Origin: Acanthaster planci
Lineage: Eukaryota
DNA: 64,000 bases
Assembly: GCF_001949145.1 (NCBI RefSeq)
Contig: NW_019091361.1
Coordinates: forward strand, 2,651,825-2,715,824
Direction of reading: 5' to 3'
How positions within the stretch are numbered: the stretch's first letter is position 1; the number at the start of each line of letters is the position of its first letter. A program made the position numbers and the translations under genes. The notes beneath the pieces are model-generated. The model was not told where the DNA came from. It was given only the letters and a program-made list of their open reading frames with translations, and searched no databases. Below are positions 13,175 through 25,700 of this stretch, piece after piece.

Positions 13175-16100
13175 ATGGCTGGTGCTGGTGCACATCGAAA
13201 TTTAAATGGACGTCTGAATGGACAATTTAATGGTCAGTTGAATGGTCAAGTACCTGGTCAAGTGAACGGAGTTTCTCGACAGCAGCAGCCACTGCAGCCG
13301 CAGCAGCAACAGCCGCAACAGCAGCAGCAGCAACCCCCTCTGCAGCAGTGGGCCTTGCCAGTGGTGCCACTGCAACCCACTCCACCCCCGGCTATCCCGA
13401 CGGTCAGACCACGAGGGGAAGCGGTCCCCTACAATTGGCAGTCCACCAAGACTTCGGTCAAGGAACGCTTTGCCTTCATGTTCAACAATGAGATCCTGAG
13501 CGATGTCCACTTCATTGTGGGCAAGGGGATGAACACCCAGCGGATCCCCGCCCACAAGTTCGTCCTTTCCGTTGGCAGTGCCGTCTTTGATGCCATGTTC
13601 AACGGAGGGATGGCCACCACCTCCAATGAAGTGGAACTTCCTGATGTTGAACCCGCTGCGTTTCTGGCTTTGCTGCGATTCCTGTACTCGGATGAGGTGC
13701 AAATTGGCCCGGAGAGCGTCATGACCACTCTGTACACGGCCAAGAAGTATGCTGTCCCAGCGTTAGAATCAGCGTGTGTGGAGTTCCTGAAGAAGAACCT
13801 GAGTGCAGACAATGCATTCATGCTGCTCACTCAGGCTCGGCTTTTTGATGAGCCACAACTCGCAAACCTCTGCCTGGAAACTATAGACAAGAACACCACC
13901 GAAGCGCTTCAGGCCGAGGGCTTCACGGACATAGACCTCGACACACTGATCAACGTTCTTGAGCGCGACACCCTGGGCACGCGCGAGAGCAAGTTGTTCA
14001 ATGCAATATCCAGATGGGCAGAGTACGAAGCTGTCAGACAACAATTACCAGTCACGCCGGAGAACAAACGCAGAGCGCTGGGAAATGCCCTCAAGCTGAT
14101 TCGCTTTCCCCTGATGACCGTGGAAGAGTTTGCCAGTGGGCCTGCGCAGTCGGGGATTCTGACAGATCGGGAGGTTGTCAGCCTCTTCCTTCACTTCACT
14201 GTGAATCCTAAGCCATCGACAGAGTTCCCTTCCAACCCAAGATGTTGTCTGACTGGGAAGGAACAGACTGTGAGCAGGTTTATGCAAGCAGAGAGTCGAT
14301 GGGGTTACAGCGGCACAAGTGATAGGATAAGGTACAATCAATCAAGATATTTAACTCACTTTATTTCTGGAAGTTTTCCTGAAAGGTCTTAATCAGTCAG
14401 TGGCGGCAGAACGATTTTTAAAGTTGTGAGACCATCAGGCATCAGCCATTAATAGGAAGATCCATTAAGCCCCACCCCATTATAGGACCTGCAAATAGTG
14501 GGAGGGGAGCAAGCCCGTCCACAGTTGACAAAGTGGGAAGGCTGCTGGTTCTCCTCCTCTCTCCCTTCCCCTGCTTCCCCTGCCCGTGAAATCACTAATT
14601 GCTGAAGATGGAAGGACACGTGTTCAAATGTTTAGTATTTGTTTTACCAGTAACTTCACTGTTACCTGTCAGGATCTTTTCCAAAATCTACTTAAATGAA
14701 TCGCAGTTGTCAGCCAAGCTTCACTACTCAAACCAAACAACCTTACCCCTAACCATGCTGAACCCAACAGGACCCAACACAGTTTTTTACCAGCAGCTGT
14801 TGTATGTTGAATTCACCAGGCTTCACACATTATAGCTGTTGGACGTTGTCGGGTTCAGCATGTGGCGGAAAAATACGGGTAGGGGGTTAGGATGAATAAA
14901 AACAGAGAAGGGGAGAGGGGGTGTTGAAGATGAAACTGTATCCCAATTGAAGCACAGTACATGTAACAGCAACTGGGGTCCATAATCCACATTATAAAGC
15001 CAACGTAGAGTTCATGAATATGGTGTCAGAACTTCTTTTTGAGATGTCAAATTTTGCTGTCCTGTCCTGCCCTGTGCACAGGTTCCAAGTGAACAGACGT
15101 ATTTTTGTGGTTGGATTTGGTTTGTATGGCTCCATCCATGGACCAGCTGATTATGCCGTCAACATACAGGTAATTTAATTTGGGAATCATAGCAGGTTAT
15201 TCTAGTGTCTTGATACTTTGCACGACCAAGACATACAGGTAAATGTGAACAGAATGAGTGGAGTACTGGCTATAAAAAGTAAACTAAAATACCAGACTGC
15301 TGTAAGCTTTCAGTTCTGATCAAGATTGCTACAGAGTGTTGCCTTTCAAATTTAGCAGTTAAAACAAATTTTGTAACCATTTCCAATGTATTGGTAGCCA
15401 AAGTTTGCCGAATTTTCACCCTTGGTTGGTGTCAGGCTTTGCCTTGCACACTTTCCTCGTTGCATTCAAAACTGGAGGTTCTTTCATCTACATGTAGTAT
15501 TGAAAATATCAGTTATTATTTGTTTTTGTCAGCAGTGTGAGATTATTATTTGATGCTTCTTGAATTATTTATTTCCTCTTCATGGTCAGGCTTTTAACAT
15601 GAGATAAAAACGAATAACATATGAGAAGATTTTAATCCTAAAAAAGCAATTTGCTAGTGTAAGGGATCCCATGTTAACCAAAATACACAGATAAACAAAC
15701 AGGAAACCAACTATGAAATACAAAAAAGACAGACAAAACGCAGGTAACCAAAACAAAAAAAATAGTTATACAGTGAATGTACGAGTAAAGTTCAGAAAAT
15801 AAACTGTTTAATATAAAATTAGGGCAGTGAGGTGGAAGAAAAAATCGATATTCAGATATTTTAAAGAAAATTATAGATAATGTACCATTTGAAAGGTATG
15901 AAGTAACAGAAGATATGCTTGTAACTTCAGTTTGCACTTAGAAACATAGTAGGAATTTGTTTAGAATTCCATGTTTTGGATCCAGATAATTTAAGATCTA
16001 AGCAGTTGTTTTGTGTTGAGGTATATGCAAGGATAATTCAATAATGCTTTGGTATTACAGTTGTGCAAATTCCAAGTTAGCCTAAACATTTCGCTATTGA

Positions 16101-17330
16101 AGAGTGGAAGTAGATTATTATAAAATGTATAAATACGTAATGGCTGCTGGTTTCTGTTAAGGTTAACAACACTTCAGGACTTTGCATTGGTAGTGGCAGC
16201 CGGTTGTTGTTTGCTAACCATAAGTGGGTAAAAACCATGACCGTGACTTAAAAAGGGAGGTCCTCTGTTATTGTAGAAAGATTGTATTTTTTGAATAGTT
16301 TTGTTTTCATCCCACTTGTTCCTGGTCTTCGACAGATACTCCACGGTGATTCTGATGCAGTGCTTGGGCAGAATGACACAGGGTTCAGCTGTGATGGATC
16401 CGAGTCCACGTTCCGTGTCATGTTCAAGGAGCCCATTGAAATTCAGCCCTCGATCAGTTACATCGCCAGCGCCACACTCAAGGTTGGTCACAGGATTGAT
16501 TTCTTCCAAGCAGCTGAATATTTCAAAAATGTTCTTGTTGAGGGGCATGTTGCTGTTTTGGAACGTGGAACACATCCAGTGGAACCAAATATTGTCATCT
16601 GTTCTCAGCTTGATTTGGCCAACCAGTAGAAAAGTGGTATTCTCAGAACAGGTGGTGATCAGTGAAGAACGCTTTTGTGCACCATATTTTGTACATTTCC
16701 GTTTTTACTTGGCATAAACTTATCAAAATTCAACTTTACTTGTCTCCTAGTGCGCGTACATGTACGGGCCTTTAACTAAAGAGAAACTAAAAATGGCAGA
16801 ATTCCTTACCTCTCCCCGATCCGATGAGATCCAGTGGGATTCTTTGGTATACAGCAGATTTCGTACTAGACAATGTAGACAATGCCACGGTCAAGGCGTC
16901 TGCCGATGGTGTATGCGATAGCAGCTGATTGCCAACTTAAACACTAACTGTGTGCAAGCTAGTGTGCACCACTGAAAAAGGCTTAAAAGACGTAATCAAT
17001 CTTTGCCGGGCAAATGTATGCGGCATAAACATACCGGGTAAGCCAGTCACAATAGCTTATGTTTTCTTTCTTTGGTCGTTGGTATTCCAGCAAGTCCATT
17101 ACCTGTCCTCATTCCATGACCTGAAGACTTGAGCTTAACCTTGCTGTTTCTTGATATCCCTCTTCCCCCAGGGCCCAGACTCCCACTACGGCACCAAGGG
17201 AATGCGGAAGGTTGTCCACGAGTCCGTCTCCAGCGGCAAAGTGGTGTTCCAGTTCACCTATGCGTCCGGCAACAACAACGGGACCTCTGTGGAGGATGGT
17301 CAGATCCCAGAAATCATCTTCTACACGTGA
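13175..17330 (+). CDS. BTBD2: BTB/POZ-BACK-PHR domain protein, BTBD1/BTBD2 orthologue (516 aa)
   Basis: Coding exons 13175-14331, 15082-15169, 16336-16482, 17172-17330 (1551 nt, TGA stop). BTB ([10 protein letters not shown]...[17 protein letters not shown]), BACK and PHR ([13 protein letters not shown]...[11 protein letters not shown]...[19 protein letters not shown]) domains. Equally co-orthologous to BTBD1. Confidence 0.93.
14741..14890. repeat. Foldback/MITE in BTBD intron
   Basis: catgctgaacccaaca / tgtcgggttcagcatg with outer ccttacccctaacc / gggtagggggttagg. Confidence 0.5.
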
Positions 17331-20056
17331 CAAGAGAGACAGCATGAACTCCATGTTGGTAATATTCAAGAAACTCGTGTTAAATAACTGAATTCAATTT
17401 GAAATAATTTCATTTGCTCTGAAAAAAGTTTGATGACTGGTTTCTGCACAGTGTGTAAATGTGCTCACAAATGTCCATGCATATATTAAATTCTTAACAC
17501 TGACTGGTTTCTTAAAATATCTTCATATTACTTGAGAACAAGGCCTTCATTAGGCCCATGGTTTGTAATCCTAGAAAACATTTACAGTTGTTTGTGTTTG
17601 GCAATTCAATTTGTTAAATGTGAGAATGCAAACCCTTAAACGACACCCACTCATGCACTTTAGTATCGGAACCGTTTGAACACGTTAGTAAAAGCAGTAT
17701 ATCAAGCCAAAGGGAACACTCAATGGCGCAGGTGCATGCATGACTTAGCCATTTATGAACTGGGTACTGTGTTGATTTGTTTGTCATATTTTGATAGCTT
17801 AAAGTGCTGTGCAGAAAAATCATGTTTGGTGTGTGTCAATTAGAGATTCATTATGAAACCGTTGCAACAGACAGTTTCGAGGTGAATTCTGAAGTGGTAC
17901 ATTGGCTTTTTGCAAAGTTCGTCTCTTAAAAGTGTCCACTTCAGATGCTGTAATGGAGTTAAAAGATAGATGCGGTTCATCCTTCTTGACCTTGTGTGAA
18001 ATAAACAAGCCTTTTATGATTTTTGTAAACTAGGAGAGTACTCCTTCACCGAGTCACTTCCAAAGTCTCTTATAGTGGCAGCAACATGAAAAATTCATTC
18101 CTTTTGGAAAACTAGCGTTTCAGATTGCTGTGTGCTGTTCCAAACATACCACACGTAAAAAAAGTGGGGAGCAACTCAATCAGAGAAATGTATATTTCTG
18201 CTTTTTAAAGTACGGTAGCATAGATAGCCCATACCCTTCCCGACCTTCAAAACACATCTTCATAACAAATTCGGAGGTTGTGGAAAATTTTGCAGAGACC
18301 ATTTGGGTTCATGACCCAGACTCTGGCAAATGATTCACCACTGGATATATGGATATTGGATATGTGTATATTTTCCCATGTACATGTACATAACAGTTTT
18401 CAATATGTGTCGTCATCAGACGAGAGTTGCACGTAGCCCCTGCATTTTGTGTCCTACTGTTTCAGTTTAATTCCAATGTATGGGAAAAATGAGTGGTTAC
18501 GTTGAAATTGTACTTAATTCACGTTTGTATATGAAGACAAAAATTAATATATATATGCAGGTTTGCCCACAGAGAAATGCATAAATTTGCTTTTAAACCT
18601 TCTGTTGGAGATATTATTTTATTACCCAGTAATATGTATCACATGATGTATCATATACATGTATGACATACACCACATAATTTAATGCCAGGAAGACATA
18701 ATGTGGCATCTGATCATTAATGTCAAACAGCAGTCACATAATAAGTGAAGCATGTCCAATGAGTATGTCCATCAGTGAATTCAGGGGCTGTTTTATTACC
18801 CGACTTTCAGGAGCCGTAACAGATGCATCCTTTTGGCAAAAAGCCATGCCTTTACTGTCCTTTATTTGGCTGAACAGCATCCATGATGGAGACCATTAAT
18901 AGCCACTGGTCATCGTAGGGTCCGTGCACAAGTATTCCCTCAGCCGTGATCAAGACAGACAGGGGGATGTCCCCTGGAAGTTGTTGGTGCCTCACATGCT
19001 GTGCACCTGGTTAGACCCCTCAGGTTTAACTTTATGCATATTCATATAAAAAACAAGCCTCACATTTTCACGAAGAATAGAACTTATGCGCATTCATGTT
19101 GTGTTGACTCAACAGAGCACCCTTTTCAAATAAACAGTGCCCTCTCTTGGTCATACATGGCATCTTTACCGAAGCACTGCTTCAGCATGCTCACATCTCT
19201 GGTTTGCAGATCTAACATCGACACTACATGTGGGGCCACAGTACACAGAGCTGTGCATAGCATAGCAAGAGTGGCGCCAAATTCAAACTCTGGGACCAAA
19301 ATGGCTGTTGATTGTGTGTGCAGTACAACATGATGCAGTCGTCGTGTGTGCCAATTTACCATATGCACTGAAGCCTAATCCACCATTTTGATTCCAACAA
19401 TTTCTTGTTGCAACTCGCCCTATAAAAAGCTCTGGCAGTACAGTACCTTGAGCAGTGGTTTGAGGTTATGGCTTAGTGCTGATGGTTGGTAGCCTGATTG
19501 TTGGTTGTTTGGAGGGTTGGGGATGAGGAGTCGAGTGGACCTTCTTGCTATCTGGTTCGTAAGTGATTTCGTCATACCCGCACACGCACCACTGATTGCA
19601 AGCTTCCACTGGACGAACACTACAGTTGCGCGCTAACTTCCGGTTCCATGTAACTCTATGTGCAGGGGGCGTGGTTTAAACTGATGTGACATCACACTTA
19701 CGAACTGGATTGGGAAATAGTTGTTGTCAATCAAAGAAATACATGTACATTCAATCTCTATTCTTTGGAATAGTAGGTGCATTTTAACCAGTGACAGGGC
19801 ATTGTTAACAGGAGTATTGCAATCCAATGGTGTTTTTAAAGAATATCTCTCCCCACCCCCGCAAAAATGCTACCGAATTTCATTGTAGAAAGACATACAC
19901 AGGATCAAAGTACTTTCATTATTCTTTGCATAAGAAAAGTGTACATGGTTTGTACTGCACTGTTTTTCAACTGTAGCACTTGTAAGAGACATGGCTCTTC
20001 AACCTATTACAAGTTACTTTATTTCCACCGTCAAATTATCGCTAACTTAAAGTTAT

Positions 20057-20253
20057 ACTTTAATTAACCGTAACACTCCTCAATCCTTCACCTGTTGGAG
20101 GACTGAGGACTGTTAGGTACTTTAATTAACCCTAACACTCCTCAATCCTTCACCTGTTGGAGGACTGAGGACTGTTAGGAACTTTAATTAATCCTAACAC
20201 TCCTCAATCCTTCACCTGTTGGAGGACTGAGGACTGTTGGGGTTAATTAAAGT
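20057..20253. repeat. 3 x 62-bp tandem array of a palindromic unit
   Basis: Units start at 20057, 20119, 20181; each contains taacactcctcaatccttca-cctgt-tggaggactgaggactgtta. Confidence 0.9.
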
Positions 20254-20789
20254 TTTGGCATTGTCTTTAGTATAATCTGCGACATCTCATTTCAAGGTAC
20301 ATGTAGGTTACTCTGCTCTTGCTAGAAAACGAATCTACATGTAGCGTTGTTTGGCTGAGAGATTGGGACAGGATCCGAGATACTGAGAGATGCTTGACAA
20401 TTCATTCCAAGTTGAATTTGAAGTGTGCTTGGTTTGTGTTTGTTATGAAGTTTGATATAGCTTCTTTTGAAGGTCAGCAACTTGGCATTATATAATTTGT
20501 AATTAACATTGTGGTTGAAAACATCTTTGGATCTGTCAGTGTTGCCTTTGGATTCACACCATTTCTCAAATCTTCTGGCACCCTCCATCCGCCCCCCCCT
20601 AAATATTTTATGTAAATTCTCATCATCAAATTTAATTTAAAACTACATGTGCATGTACAATGACCACTCCCTTGAAGAACACATGTATAGGGCATGTCAT
20701 GCATAAATTTTATTGCAGTTGCTGTCCAGCAGAAAAGTTAAATCATTACCTATTTTTGTTACATCACTTGCTCGTGTTGCAACAAGTGA

Positions 20790-20965
20790 CAGGGGTGAGA
20801 TTTCTCAGCTTTTTAGCTGATTTCAGCTTTTTTGGTTTGGGATTTCAGCTTTTTCTTCCTCACAGGCTGTGTACAAAAGTATAGGAGATTTTCACAGTTC
20901 AGCTTCTTTATGCCTTTTTTCAGCTTTTTTTTAGCTATTTTTATCGTTGGTAAATCTCACCCCTG
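20790..20965. mobile_element. MITE with CAGGGGTG terminal inverted repeats
   Basis: CAGGGGTGAGATTT...AAATCTCACCCCTG flanked on both sides by AAGTGA; related copy at 56499-56649. Confidence 0.7.
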
Positions 20966-22793
20966 AAGTGATGTGGGTGGCTTTTCAGTGAACTCACGTG
21001 ACAGCATCAGCAGTGTTTTTGCTATTGACATAATGTGACTATGCCCCTGACATGGGTCAAATGTTAACAGGTGTTTGATGGTTTACGTTCATTATACATG
21101 CATCTTTGTTCCACCCACGCTTCCACAAATGCAGCAGCAGCATGTAAATGTTGAACACTAGCACCCTGGCCTGCCAAACATCTCATGTGCTAGCAGTCAT
21201 GGTTGTGGATATTTGCCTAGAGCCACGTCACTGTCATCTGACATAATGACCGAAGTTTCTAAAGCCTTCCAAGGCAAGAAACCATGTTGATACTAGGAGT
21301 ACAAATGTATAAGGTATGCTTCTTATAGAGACTGATAAGTACATATATTGCTGTAAAATAAAAGACTGCATTTCGGGCGAATGCCTGTATCTGTGTGTCT
21401 ATAACACGGTCTGTAAATCCTGTCATGTTCAGTTCTTGACATAATCTGCTCAGCATTTCCCCAAATCTTGTATCCTATTTATTGCAGTAACTGTGAAATC
21501 AGTTCTTTCTCCAAGTACATATATGAAAATAAATTCAAATTGGAAACCTCATTCAAGAAAATGTATCTAATTTCAGAAACATCCTGAACATAGAAAAACA
21601 TTAAATTGTCACTTATTTCACTCAAACCCTAGGCAGCACTGCCTAAGTTCCAATATTTGATCGGAAATAAATGAAACTTTACAACACTATGTTACGTGCA
21701 CTTAGTACTGATGTAATGGGGAAGTGATAATCAAAGTTAACTTCAGCTACAGTCCAGCACCAGGAACTGTTATAGTTCTACGTCCACCTTAACTCTTTGA
21801 TAGGTCATTGAGCTAGTTGTAAATGTTGAAGTGTTCTGGAGGGTGGATCAAAGCAATAGCAGAGACCAAGAGTGATAAACTGCGGAAGACATTTAAAAAA
21901 ACTAGCAGACTGATGATGAACATATAATCTTGACCCAAGGCCTTGTAATTTGACATTTGTTACCCATGCATACCCACGCTAAATATTTGATCATGAGAGT
22001 GCACAATTCTAATACAGGAGGATGACCCTATGCTGTTCGGCATTGGATGTCAAGAGTCAAATGTGATTTTGAAGGCATCAATGCTCGGTGGCGAAACAAA
22101 AAGGTTTCAGAACCAAACTAATGCACCGACTGACTTAAATTTCTCCAAAATGACATACATGTATAGGTCATTCTCAACTGAAGCTGAGGCTAAAACAACC
22201 TGCTGATCCAAAAGATTAACTGCAGTTGAGTTGCCCAGCTTGGAGGAAGTGTGCCAATAAATCATCATAGCTCAATGCCCTTCATTCCAAGGTTGATTTC
22301 AGATAGAAATAATTCCCATTTGTACCCTTTGACTAGGGACAAACAGAAAAATCTGACTAACTTCACAAGCTCTTTGGGTAAACAGGAAAACAGATGCTCT
22401 ATCAGAGCACTTTTCTGCCACATCAAAATAGGGGTTGCACTTCTAAAAGGATGTTTTGCTGGTTACATGGGAGTCAACACAAAATGCATAAACACTTTTA
22501 GATGAACAAACTTGTATGACCTTAACTTTATAGACGTACAGAATTATAAATCCATTGTTATCGAAATAGTAGAAAAATCAAATCAGTTCCATAGTTGAGC
22601 ATGTTACCCTTCATAACTAGTGTAAGCTGATGAAAGACACCATACTTTTCCTCCCCAAATAATTTCATATTACAAGTAATACCAAAATATATCTTTGATC
22701 ATAAAATAGGTACCTCTAGCTTAGCTACTGCCCTCAAGTACAGGCAGTCAGAATCTACAGGTGAGGTTTCGTTTGGCATAGGAGGAATGGTTG

Positions 22794-25700
22794 TCATTTT
22801 GCCACAATCATTTGACCTGCGATGAATGACGCCCCAGGATCGAGGGTCACTGGGGACGAGACATGGCCGGCTTCCACGCAAAGCATCTTGGGATACTCGT
22901 CGTCTCCAAAGTCCGACATGGCTTTGGCCTTTTCTTCCCATGGGTTCCACACAACTGAATACAGGTGACACACAAGAATGAATGAAAACGTGGAAATAGA
23001 AAATAAAAACAAAAAGAAACAGAGAGGAAACTTAAACACAGGTGTCACATGTACATGGACAGGAAAATTAACGTACAATACATTGATGGGAAATTGACAC
23101 AAACTAGATTACTGTGACATCTGATACAGGTGTTTCACAATAGTGTGCCTCCAACAGTTTGCAATGCATTGACCAATCACAGTGTGCGAAATCTGTTGAC
23201 CCAGTGCGTGTGTTTGGAAACGGTTGACAGATTTCGCGCCTGGTGATTGGTCAACACGTTGCAAACTCTTGGAGGCGCACTATTGTGAATCGCCCGTGTT
23301 GAGAAGATTTATCAGTAGAAGTTTTAGTGAACGAATTCAGGGTCAGGTTTTTGGTGGCAGATAGCAATAGATCTTTCAGAAATATTGAAGAGAAGAGTGC
23401 AGAAGAGAATGATTAAGTGATGCAAATCTTTCAGGTAAACTGGCGACTCTCATTTTATTATTATTATAAAAAGACGAAACAGGCAGAGTGAGAAAGCATA
23501 ACGGCTAAAGTGTACAAGTTGCCATAGAGCAACCCACACAAACCTGAAGTGTCAAGTAAAAATGATTCAATGAAAGGAGGTGAAAGGGTGAAAGCACTGT
23601 TCCACTTTACCAGTATCGGGTAAGTTGGTCTTCTTTATGATGACAGTTTTGCCTGTAGCCGTGTCATGGACAATGTGTCCACCTTGAGTGTTCATGTACA
23701 CCCTTTGAAAACAGAACCATACAAGCATAAGTACATGCAGCTATAAAAAGACGACTTGCTTATTGCGGAAATGGCATCAATTATGGATGTTACTGATGTT
23801 GATTATGCCCTCTACACCAAGTCAGACTTAATGTCTGTATTGTGTGTAACCGAGGAAGCTAGAACATGTGACAATGGCACAGCCCTGTTGGAATTTTTGG
23901 CCCTTCTATCAACAATGAAGAGACAACATCAAGACTCTTTGTTTCCTGGCAAAAATAGCACTCCACTTATTTTAGTCCTCAGTAAGAAAGTTCCTGGACA
24001 GTACCAGGGGCTGGTAGGAGCTTTCAACTACGACATTTTCTTTGTAGATTTATGTAAAGTGATGTGATGTAATTCAGTTGTTAGAATCTGCCAGCAAATG
24101 GTGCATCTACAGCCTGACAGCCACTGACCTGTCATAGTTTTCAGCGACAGTCACTAGTTCTCGCTGCTCAGTGAAAGTTTGCCCATCATTGACCTGAGAG
24201 AATGACCAAATTAAATTGATTTCAGTCATTACTCTCTGACATTCTAAACAAAAACCAAACCATTTTTCAATTTCTGCCCACACTTTTGGTATATTCCTTT
24301 TAACTTTTCTGTGGCTCCTCTAACAGGAGAATGAAAACGTTGAACTCGTTTGTTTTCCTAATCCGCTTGAGCTGAAGTGCACCCCCAATTGGCGAAAGAA
24401 AGACAGGTGGTTACAAGCGGGTTCTTACACGCATTCTGCATGTACACAAAGACCATATATGGCGGAATAAATTAGTTACGCGTATTTAGCGTGCTCTGCG
24501 TCAAACGAACATATACTAGCACGCCTATGCAGTGAGTACCGAAAAAATACGCCCCGTTTTGTTCCGTTTGGAGCGGATAAGAAGGGGCTAACTTAAAATT
24601 TTTCAATCCGCTGTTGATACACCACAGAAACAAAAATTACTTCTTTAAAATATTACTTGGAGCACTGATACATTTTGAAGCACACCTTATTTTACCTCCC
24701 TTTTCTTCGGGGGGAGGAGGTGTTAAAGCAACATGCATCGAGTTTAAAACATTTTCTTGTGATAAGCTGGTTTCAATAAATGTTCAAATTAGATTAAAGT
24801 ACCTTATCAATGTACTGCACTCCCTTCAGACCACTGACTGTTGCCTTAGTTACGTCACTCACACCAAGGTAAGTGTGCAACAATGCTGTGAAACTGAAAG
24901 AATCCTCTCCTGGAAGATACAAATGTGATTACAACAGGTGCAAGTAAAGTGATGAACTAAGAACTACTATAATTCATAATGAAGAATACAGACCTATCAG
25001 CCCTGAGCTGAAGTGCACCCGAACCAGCAAAAGAAAGACAGATGTACTAAGTTTTCCTACCGGGTTCTTGCTCATGTTTGGCACACAAGCGAAGACCATG
25101 TATTCCAGACTAAATTAATGGCGCGTACTCAGCGTGCCCCGTGTCAAACATACATGAACTTGCGCACCTATACACTGAGTGCGTACCAAACGACTTTCAA
25201 TTTCATTCCAAAACATGCCCTCATTTGTTCCTGCTCAGAGCGGATAGCATAATGACATCAAGCTTACTGTGGCAGTGAGGTGGCCCCCATAGGAAAGAGC
25301 AACATGTAAACAATGTGTGATGTCATTTATGATATAAGGCAACTTGAGACATCACAAAGTCTTCATGAGTTAATCAAGAGCCATCAAATCTCATGTGAAG
25401 TCACAAGCTCTTCAAGCAAACTGTGACAAAGGCTTTCCTTTGTCACCGTTCTTTCCTTCAATGCAACAAAGAGAACTTTGGTAAGTGAATTCAGAAGAAA
25501 TGTCTAGTGCTACAATTGCATTTGTCTATTTTGCATCCTTTGCAGAGGCCTCATTAACATCCTGCACCACTATACGACATGTATCTATAATTTGAGTAGT
25601 TTACTTCACCCCATGTAGTTACTTATGGTACTTATTCATTTGATCTGAAACATGGTTATTGATGGGAACATGAATGATATATTGTGTTTCTGATTTTCTC

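Noticed and set aside
13202..14341. Long minus-strand ORFs
   Set aside because: Antisense shadows of the GC-rich BTBD1/2 exon.
18890..19370. Possible extra minus-strand exons/ORFs between BTBD1/2 and the epimerase
   Set aside because: No recognisable protein motif or consistent splice chain.
20057..20253. CRISPR array or telomerase RNA template (taaccctaac at ~20127)
   Set aside because: Units are near-identical with no unique spacers and no cas genes, in a eukaryotic context; the telomere-like word occurs in only one unit.
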